From NCBI GenBank assembly GCA_963796105.1, contig CAWCKJ010000009.1, forward strand, positions 1-64,000: a DNA stretch of 64,000 nucleotides. Reading direction: 5' to 3'. Source of the DNA: a candidate division FCPU426 bacterium (GTDB lineage Bacteria; Oederibacteriota; Muellerivitia; Muellerivitales; Muellerivitaceae). The notes beneath the pieces were generated by a model, which did no database searches, had not been told where the DNA came from, and saw only the letters and a list, made by a program, of their open reading frames with translations. The position numbers and the translations under genes were made by a program. Below are positions 56,487 to 64,000 of this stretch, in pieces; the stretch's first letter is position 1, and the number at the start of each line of letters is the position of its first letter.

Positions 56487-57266
56487 TCAGGCTTTGTACT
56501 CCAGAAAAGACCCCGGTAAACCCCATTGCCCAAGTTCCTGCTGGTACTTGACGCCTTCGTCCACCTCAATCTGTCCATCATCCGCCAAGGAAATCCTGAA
56601 GCGTTCTAAAGGCCTAGGAGCAGGTCCCTCGAAGTTGACGCCGGTAACGTAAAAACCGCTGCCATGGCAGGGACACTTGAACTTCTGCTCTGTCTGGAGC
56701 CAATTGGGCGTACAGCCCAAGTGGGTGCAAATGGTGGAGAGGGCATAAAATCCTTTTTCCTCCCGAACAATCCAAACCCGGTGCTCATTCTTGAACCTTT
56801 CGTCAACCCCAAGCGCAAACTGGTCGGGAACCCCCACCTTAAATTGGAGCGGGGGTTCAAAGGTAACGTTGGGGAAAAAGAACCTTAGCACAGTACTGAG
56901 AGCTCCCATGGTTGCGGCTGTAAAAGCGACCCAAGCCCACCCCAGAAGAGTGATGAATGATCTGCGGGTCATGGGTGGGTTCAGGTCCAAACCCCCTGCA
57001 GACACTTCGACTAAGGACCGTTTTGGAGTTTTAGGTTTCGGTTCAGGTACTTGTTCTTTATTGGAAGCAAAGTGGTAAAAAGTCAAGGAAAGGAGAACTA
57101 CCGCGTAAAGGGCGACCAAACCCATGATGACCCATGCGGTCAGGGGAAGGGTCTTGGTATGAATTTCTTCCTTTGCCGCAAAAACACCAGTCGACCAGAG
57201 AAGAACAGGGATAACCAAGAATGAGACCAACCGCGCGAATCGGAAGGATTTTAATAATTCGGACAC
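56487..57266 (-). CDS. Rieske 2Fe-2S subunit
   Basis: CTHLGC and CPCHGS boxes, GPAPRPL, internal TRRSF Tat motif. Confidence 0.95.
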   Translation of the reverse strand: MSELLKSFRFARLVSFLVIPVLLWSTGVFAAKEEIHTKTLPLTAWVIMGLVALYAVVLLSLTFYHFASNKEQVPEPKPKTPKRSLVEVSAGGLDLNPPMTRRSFITLLGWAWVAFTAATMGALSTVLRFFFPNVTFEPPLQFKVGVPDQFALGVDERFKNEHRVWIVREEKGFYALSTICTHLGCTPNWLQTEQKFKCPCHGSGFYVTGVNFEGPAPRPLERFRISLADDGQIEVDEGVKYQQELGQWGLPGSFLEYKA

Positions 57267-57322
57267 CGTGACTCCCCAGGTTTAAAAATAACCACGAATG
57301 TTATAATTTAAGATTGGTCCCC

Positions 57323-57352
57323 AAAAAAAAGCCACCCCCTTTTGGGGAGTGG
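57323..57352 (-). terminator. Rho-independent terminator in the leader of the Rieske operon
   Basis: CCACTCCC-CAAAA-GGGGGTGG followed by C and T8 on the - strand. Confidence 0.7.
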
Positions 57353-57383
57353 TAAAGCTCGGACAACCCATTGAGCGAGGGGT

Positions 57384-57413
57384 ATTCTAGTCTGGTAATT
57401 TTTTAAGTGTCAA
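57384..57413 (-). promoter_or_regulatory. Sigma70-type promoter
   Basis: TTGACA-18 bp-TAGAAT on the - strand. Confidence 0.7.
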
Positions 57414-57572
57414 GAATACGTCAGGTAAAATCGACTATTTTTATCGGGTTTTTCACAATTCACGGTTTATCCCTGAAGTTCTTGCCAAATATTTTTAACC
57501 ATTCATCTTCCCAATGTAACACAGCTTCTCCCTCTAATAGCCATGAGTCTCCAGTATTGGGCATTAAATACT

Positions 57573-58895
57573 TCAGAACAAACTTCCAGATCGTCTCTCG
57601 CCTACGAGGTGATAATTCCGTTCCTGGATCGCCTTTACCAGCGTGGCCCTATCCTTATATAGGGATTGTGTTCTCAATTTTTCAATAAGGTACCCCGATT
57701 GAAACCAGATGCTGGCAATGACACATATCAAACCAAATACCCTCCAGAGTCTGTCCGAGTCAAACCGAGCCCAAATATAGAAAGAATAGACTATGACTAG
57801 AGGGGCCAGGATGAAATACATATGAGCCAAAGGGGGCTTTGAAGTAAAACAAAAAGCTGTCCAAACGAGCATGAAGGATGCAAAAATAAGAAGCCCTATT
57901 TTTCTTGAGTCGATATTTTTTTTATCTTTTTTAAACCCGAGTAGCAAAAGAACGACCGGTTGAAGCCACCCCAGAAACATTAAAAACAATCCCGGAAGGG
58001 CTATCCAGGGAACCTGCTTAAGAAGAAAATCCAAACGTTGGCGCGAATGCTCCCCGATGAACCTGGGCACCTCATAACAAGCGAAAGAAAGATACCGCGC
58101 TAGAATGGTAAAAAAAGAGAAAAAGTTATCCGAGTTAAATGCCACCGCCAACCCAATGGCTTCCGACCCTCGAGAGAAACCATACTTTAAAAACGTCGGC
58201 ATTATAAATAGGAGTGGAAAAAAGGAGCCCATCAAAAAACCCAGCAAAGGTTGGTAAAGTTGTCGCAGACCTGATTTCCAATGTAAAAACAAAGGTAGCA
58301 TTAACAAGGGAAGAAGAAGAACCCAGGAATAATGTAATTGCATGTCCCAAAAAAGGCCGAAACCCATTAATGCGAAAGACATCCCCGGGGGTATTCTGTT
58401 GAGCGAAAAACCGGGAATGGATTCCATAAGTCCTATAAAAAAAAGAGTACTTCCTAGAAAAAGATAAGACGGGTTATAAACACTTGCCCCCATGTGAAGA
58501 GTCCAGGGAAGAAGAGCTGACCACGCAAAGACAAATACCAGAGAGAGCTCGGGAAGACGTAGGGTAATGTACCAGGAAAGTAGCGCAATTGCTGATGTTG
58601 AAAGCAGACTCGCCAGTATAAATGGCGCCTCTGGTATGGGAAGAAGATAAAACGGGAAGCCCACCAAAAAGGCTTCCAACGCCCCTGGTATTTGGGAATG
58701 AAACCCTTTGTGAATCCCCGAAAGTACGTACTCGTCCGGCCCAAAATACGGCCAACCTCCTTGGCAAAACCATTTCATGCCAAGCAGATAAGTTTGAAGA
58801 TAATCGTCATCTCGAAAGGGCTGGGATAATCCAAAAACCAACCGGAATACAAATAAGAAAACAAAAAGAAGAATGAATTTCCAACGATTGCTCAG
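57573..58895 (-). CDS. Polytopic membrane protein, GT-C/PMT-like glycosyltransferase candidate
   Basis: About 10 TM segments; acidic loop RDDDY after TM1; probable CTG start at 58895 behind AAGGAG. Confidence 0.6.
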   Translation of the reverse strand: MSNRWKFILLFVFLFVFRLVFGLSQPFRDDDYLQTYLLGMKWFCQGGWPYFGPDEYVLSGIHKGFHSQIPGALEAFLVGFPFYLLPIPEAPFILASLLSTSAIALLSWYITLRLPELSLVFVFAWSALLPWTLHMGASVYNPSYLFLGSTLFFIGLMESIPGFSLNRIPPGMSFALMGFGLFWDMQLHYSWVLLLPLLMLPLFLHWKSGLRQLYQPLLGFLMGSFFPLLFIMPTFLKYGFSRGSEAIGLAVAFNSDNFFSFFTILARYLSFACYEVPRFIGEHSRQRLDFLLKQVPWIALPGLFLMFLGWLQPVVLLLLGFKKDKKNIDSRKIGLLIFASFMLVWTAFCFTSKPPLAHMYFILAPLVIVYSFYIWARFDSDRLWRVFGLICVIASIWFQSGYLIEKLRTQSLYKDRATLVKAIQERNYHLVGERRSGSLF

Positions 58896-58938
58896 TTAAA
58901 TCTCCTTTTGAATGCAATCCCAATGGGGCTGAAGGATT

Positions 58939-61255
58939 TTAATTAGTAATAAGAAATTCACTTTTGAGATGGATGTCTTTCGATGAAGAACCTACCTGAA
59001 TTTGAACTCGACCCGGTTCAACATTCCAAGATCCTTGCGCGGGATCTAATGGCCTTTCCTTATTTTCTCGCCAATATGCAAGATCAGAAGCCTTAACGGC
59101 AAATTGAATTTCCTTGGTTTTTCCCGGTTCCAAAAAAACTCTTTGGAAACCCTTTAATTCCTTGTTCGGTCTTTGGATTTTGGAATCCATATATTTCAAG
59201 TAAAGCTGAACCACCTCGTCGCCTGGTCTTGAACCACTATTAATCAATTCAAAGGTGACATTTATCTGCCCGTTTGTTTTCACGGATGTTGTATTCATCT
59301 TTAAATTTGAATATTTAAAATTCGTGTAGCTTAAACCATAGCCAAACGGGAAGAGGGGTTCTCCTTTAAAGTAAAGGTAGGTGTGGCCATGGCGGATATC
59401 GTAGTCCATCATAGGCGGAAGTTGATCTATAGAGCGGGGCCAAGTTTCCACCAAACGACCGCCCGGATTGACATCCCCAAATAAGGCTTCAGCCAAAGCG
59501 GTTCCACTTTCCTGTCCACTATGGGCCATGTGAAGAATGGCTGGAACATGATCAACGGTCCAGGTCATAGTGAAAGGAAAACTGCTGATAAGAGCCACAA
59601 TTGTGCGCGGGTTTGCATGTAAAACTTTCTTAATCAATTCTTCCTGCCGAAGATCCATGGATTCCCGGTCCAGAGATTCCTTGCCCTCCGCAGTCGAATC
59701 GCGCTTTCCCCATCCCCCATTACCCAGGGGATGATTCCCGGCGCAGACAATTGCCGCATCACATGAACGCGCTAATTTTTCGGCAGCTCCGCCTGTGTTA
59801 TCTTGAGCGAATTGAACCCGGACGCCTTCTCCCAATCGTTTTTGAATTCCCTCCAATGGGGAAATTCGATATGGAGCGTCCCCTCCATACCAATCTGAAA
59901 TCACCATATCCGCATAAGGTCCAATTACAGCCAGGGATCGAATCTTTCCAGCATCAAGGGGAAGCAATCTTCCCTTATTCTTCAACAATACGATTGATTC
60001 TCGAGCAGCCCTCAAAGCCAGCGTTTTGTGCTCCACACTCTCCCAGGGAAGTTCTTTTCCCACGTTGCGGTAAGGTACCATCTCAGGGGGATCTATCATC
60101 CCTAGACGAATCATCACGCGAAAAACACCCCGCAAGGATTCGTCCATTTGTGAATCCGACAAAATTTCTTGACCCAAGGCGGTACGAACTGGTTCCTCAA
60201 AACGGTCCAAGAATTGATTGATTCCCGATTTAACGCAATCGGCCGCAGCCTCCTCCAGCTTCGAATAACGTTTATGCTCGGTTACCAGATTCTCCATCGC
60301 TCCCCCATCGGTACAGATGATGCCGTCGTGACCCCAGTCCTGAATGACAACGTTCTTAAGGAAAGGGTTGACCGCACAGGGAATCCCGTTGACCGCGTTG
60401 TAGGCCGCCATCATGCCCTGCGCCTTGGCATCCCGAATGGCCATTCGAAAAGGCACTGAATAATACTCCCGAAAAAGCCTTGAGTCATAAATAGATACCC
60501 ACGGGCAAGCCCGTGGTACTAAAATCAAAATTCAAGCTTCGCTTGCCGTGCTTTCAGCACGGTGGCCTTTCACCCACGGGCAAGCCCGTGGAACTCAAAG
60601 CGGCCGGATTGGAGGAACTGCTCACTCGGCCTTTCTCATTACTATTGGAGAGAAAATGTTTCAAGAGGGATGCACATTGGAGGTAATGTGGATCCTCTCC
60701 TTGAAGACCCCGGGTCATGGCCGTAGCCATGGTTCCGTTGAAAAAAGAGTCTTCCCCAAAGCATTCCTCAGTACGGCCCCAGCGGGGGTCCCGGCCCAAA
60801 TCGGCGTTTGGCGCCCTCACGACCAAACCACCCCGGTGGTACATGGGGCTTTCCCAAAGGTACCGAATTTCTCTGCCTTCGGCCTTACCCACTTGTCGCA
60901 CCAGTTCGGAGTCCCAAGTTTCTCCCAGACCGATGGCCTGGGGAAATTGTGTTGTCGGAACTGGGTCTCCTCTTCCCCAATTCCCTACTTCACCCAAAGC
61001 AAGACCGTGTAATCCTTCAACATGCCCCGTTCCCTTGACCCAAAGACGCGGAATATCCGGAACTGTGCTCAAACAGCGAATTTTCTCCTCCCGTGACATC
61101 AAGGAGAGAAGATTGGTAATTCTTTCTTCAATATACAAGTCGGGATTTTGAAATGGATATTGATAGTTCTTTTTAATCGCGCCCATGGCAGGAATTAGGA
61201 GGAAGCACAGAACAAAACGAGCAAATCGGGGCAAAGTACTATTTCGTTTTCGCAT
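58939..61255 (-). pseudogene. Secreted GH3 beta-glucosidase/xylosidase interrupted by a 118-bp insertion
   Basis: Two track ORFs (60554..61255 and 58939..60528) fuse in frame as ..RVSSSSN/YDSRLFREYY.. when 60490-60607 is removed; RDPRWGRTEE, KHF, ICTDGG, PFGYGLSYT. Confidence 0.9.
60490..60607. mobile_element. Non-autonomous IS200/IS605-like hairpin element (PATE/MITE-type)
   Basis: Two directly repeated subterminal hairpins CCCACGGGCAAGCCCGTGG, internal hairpin GCCGTGCTTTCAGCACGGT, no TIRs, no target duplication beyond a 1-nt ambiguity. Confidence 0.82.
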
Positions 61256-61397
61256 AGCAGGCGTAATAAAGATTCATTTGTAAACCTATCCATTTAATAT
61301 TACTTTCGATTTATCCAGAAATCACATCTGTTGCCCTGCCCCCCCAAGACAAATTTTCATCTATTATTGGTTTTTTATGTGTTTTTGTTAAGCGGAA

Positions 61398-63281
61398 TCA
61401 ACGCTTCAAACCTTCCATTCGCTTTGCGCAAAGAAGAGCCAGATCCTTCCGATTCGAGCGGGAATAAATGAACTCCAAATTGTGGTAAAACTCCGGATAC
61501 CTACCCTGGGAGCGGCGGAGGGCCTCCAGGTAGAACGCTTCCGCCGCGTCGCTCCGATTATTCATGAGGCTGAAAAGAGCCAAGGAATGGAGGCCTTGGG
61601 GATAATCCGGTGTGACGACAAAATCTTTCCAAAAACAATTCCAGGCCGACGGGAGAGGCATCTGAAGAAGTTCATGGGCTTTACGAGTGATGTCTTTAGA
61701 AATACCATTTTGAGCTAAAATCTTCTCGTAATCTAAGCCCGGGGTAAGATCCAAATAGCCTTTGCGAAGGAAAATCACGGACGACCCATCCATATAAACA
61801 GGACGCCAATCCGGCAACTTGGACAGCTCGAACTGCCACTGCATGGACTCTAGCGGTATGTAACAAATGATATTCGCATGGTATTTATCCGCGAGCGGCT
61901 TCAATCCCCCAAGGCTGAAGGATGTCATATATTCCTTGAAAAATTCCCGTCCCATAACCTCTAACCGGCCGTCAATAAATGTTTTCTGTTGTCCCTGCCA
62001 ATCCATCCAACTTCCAGATTCAAGTGGGTTTAATACTCGACCATCCAAGTGATTCTGTTTCAGGAATACACAAGCCCTTTCTGGGAGAAAATCCCGGTTC
62101 AAACCCAGGCCGGTAACATTCCACCATCGTTCAGGTATATAGTATGCGCCGGTAGAGACCCTTAAGCAAAGCCCTCCGATTAGAATCGTGAAAGCCAGCG
62201 GCAAAATAGTTTTTTTCAAAATTGGGAAATTGAAATTTTTAAGCCATCTATGTTTTAAATCTTGAAAAAATATTCCGGCATGGGGAGCGCACGCAATCAT
62301 ATATAAAGGAATATTCCTTATAGCAGCCGCAGATAAATATAAAAAAATAAATATCAAAAGCACTTCATGGATTTTTCTTTTTCTGAGTGTTGCTAGGAGC
62401 ATGAGTATCAAGCAAACGCTGAATAGTTTGTAAATGAAGAGTCCAGGTGAAAGGCTAGATTGAGCCAAGCCACTCAAAGTCCATGAGGATTGAAACTCAA
62501 AAATGCTGGACTTAAAAACATTAGAACTGGCTACTGTTTTTAGAAGGTCAAAAGGAAAAATAAACCCATGAAAGAAATAGGGATTAACCAGACAGGCGAG
62601 CAAACTCCATCCAAAATACTTCAAGAGATGGAAATCGATTTTTCTTGAGTGAAAAGAGCTCGATAAAATAAACATACCTAATATGACTAAACCGATCGCG
62701 AACAATCCCTCCACATTGGCCCATGCCAACATAATAAAAGGTATTAGATACAGGCAACTCTTGATTTTCCCGTTTCTTTTTTCAACCTCCAAAAGAAGAA
62801 AGTTCATAAAAATCCAACTGAGTGTTTCTGGTCTGGCCCAAAAGCGGAATTCCGACGTTAGAAGAACCGCCAACAATAAAACTATGCATAACCATTCCGA
62901 AGCGCCCGACTGACGTATACGTTTCCAAACAAGGTAAATAAGCAAGAGAATCAGGAGAATATTAACGATGCAAATAAAGCTATATCCCCCGATCATATAA
63001 ATTAAATATAGAAAAACCTGGTAAAGCCAATGAATATCCAGATATTTATGGTTTGATACGGTATAGGTGAAGGAATCACTGACTGGAAAACATTTGTGAT
63101 CTAAGATCCATTTCCCGCCCATTAAGTGGTAACCCAGATCGGGATCGGAAAGAAGACGGGAACTGAAAAGAACTGCCAGAAGAAATCCGGCGACCATAGC
63201 GTAGGTCCAAGGATTCTCCCAACGCCGACTTGATGATGCCTCCGCCGGAATTATTAAATCAACAGGGAATACCACTTCCAT
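61398..63281 (-). CDS. Polytopic membrane protein (GT-C-like) with C-terminal TPR-like helices
   Basis: DPDLGYHL..G..IL, WLYQV, RPE, WANVEG, FIDGR; many TM segments; AEAFYLEALR..FYHNL tail. Confidence 0.65.
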   Translation of the reverse strand: MEVVFPVDLIIPAEASSSRRWENPWTYAMVAGFLLAVLFSSRLLSDPDLGYHLMGGKWILDHKCFPVSDSFTYTVSNHKYLDIHWLYQVFLYLIYMIGGYSFICIVNILLILLLIYLVWKRIRQSGASEWLCIVLLLAVLLTSEFRFWARPETLSWIFMNFLLLEVEKRNGKIKSCLYLIPFIMLAWANVEGLFAIGLVILGMFILSSSFHSRKIDFHLLKYFGWSLLACLVNPYFFHGFIFPFDLLKTVASSNVFKSSIFEFQSSWTLSGLAQSSLSPGLFIYKLFSVCLILMLLATLRKRKIHEVLLIFIFLYLSAAAIRNIPLYMIACAPHAGIFFQDLKHRWLKNFNFPILKKTILPLAFTILIGGLCLRVSTGAYYIPERWWNVTGLGLNRDFLPERACVFLKQNHLDGRVLNPLESGSWMDWQGQQKTFIDGRLEVMGREFFKEYMTSFSLGGLKPLADKYHANIICYIPLESMQWQFELSKLPDWRPVYMDGSSVIFLRKGYLDLTPGLDYEKILAQNGISKDITRKAHELLQMPLPSAWNCFWKDFVVTPDYPQGLHSLALFSLMNNRSDAAEAFYLEALRRSQGRYPEFYHNLEFIYSRSNRKDLALLCAKRMEGLKR

Positions 63282-63562
63282 TGGTTTTACCTTTCTAGGA
63301 AAAAAGGGATTGAAAGTTATCCTTAAGACAATGGTGTTGGAGCAATTGCAAATGGAAGGAGTTGTGAGCGAAGGAATCTATTGTTTATTTTAAACCCGTT
63401 TATGAGGATTTTTGTTAGGAATGTTTTACCGCTAAAAAGGGCACTCATTCTAAGGAAATAAACTCTTCGGAAGGGTTAAAACAGGTCCCTGATTTATTTG
63501 TCAATAGTTTCTGAACTAAAATTTAACGTTACCACATTTCTTTAGCTGGGAACGTTGGGACT

Positions 63563-64000
63563 TTATTTTCTATCTACTATAGGGACATAAGAACGCTTCG
63601 TTTCCCCTTGGTAGATTTGGCGTGGTCGAGCGATACGGGTATCCTTAGAATGTCTCATTTCCCGCCAGTGGGCTAACCATCCCGGAACCCGTCCGATGGC
63701 GAATAGTACCGTGAACATATTGATAGGAAATCCCGCTGCCTTCAAAATCAACCCGGAATAAAAATCCACATTGGGATATAGTTTTCGGCTGAGGAAGTAA
63801 TCATCCTTCAAAGCGATTTCCTCTAATTTTAGGGCGATGTCAAAGGCTGGATCCACCATGCCGGGTTTTTTCAGGAGCGAATGGCAAAGTTCCTTGATAA
63901 TCTTAGCCCGGGGATCGAAATTTTTATATACCCTGTGCCCAAAACCCATCAACTTACCCCTGTTGTTCTTGATGTCCTCTACAAAAGCCTCGGGGGTCGT
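63563..64000 (-). CDS. gltA: Citrate synthase, 3' part (5' end outside window)
   Basis: [46 protein letters not shown]. Confidence 0.97.
   Translation of the reverse strand, partial: TTPEAFVEDIKNNRGKLMGFGHRVYKNFDPRAKIIKELCHSLLKKPGMVDPAFDIALKLEEIALKDDYFLSRKLYPNVDFYSGLILKAAGFPINMFTVLFAIGRVPGWLAHWREMRHSKDTRIARPRQIYQGETKRSYVPIVDRK

Noticed and set aside
60529..60607. Programmed frameshift or two genuine GH3 subunit genes
   Set aside because: The break is fully explained by the 118-bp insertion; the apparent new C- and N-termini are element-derived.

Overview
Bacterial chromosomal window, probably from a polysaccharide-degrading diderm. Pro/Thr-repeat exoproteins with FlgD/T9SS-like tails and CBM11/CIA30-like modules recall candidate phyla such as FCPU426 or Goldbacteria; this is a low-confidence inference. 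1-6.3 kb: an accessory island with a degenerate primase-like/P-loop gene running off the left edge (missing from the ORF track), an XRE regulator and a 5'-truncated Rhs toxin gene with candidate immunity genes. 6.3-14 kb: kdpDE, a Phd/VapC toxin-antitoxin pair and a YdeN-like hydrolase, separated by intergenic mosaics of structured palindromic modules. These include a 110-bp multi-stem module in 3 copies, an ~80-bp twin-hairpin module in 3 copies, and shared head and tail arms. 14-17 kb: a split transketolase operon ending in an R. rubrum-type RuBisCO-like protein. 17-35 kb: GH9, GH5, CBM-like, GH3 and cellobiose-epimerase genes, an ECF sigma/anti-sigma system, rhomboid, DinB, ric, two Fe-ADHs and TspO. 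35-49 kb: two giant paralogous secreted proteins with 1000-1550 aa Pro/Thr stalks. 49-64 kb: GH127, a Rieske/cyt b/subunit IV/octaheme cyt c operon, two GT-C-like membrane proteins, a GH3 gene split by a 118-bp IS200/IS605-like hairpin element, and the 3' end of citrate synthase. The best candidates for undescribed systems are the modular structured-repeat family, the RLP-transketolase operon and the giant PT-stalk proteins. No rRNA, tRNA or CRISPR array was seen. All family assignments come from motif recognition by eye, not database searches.
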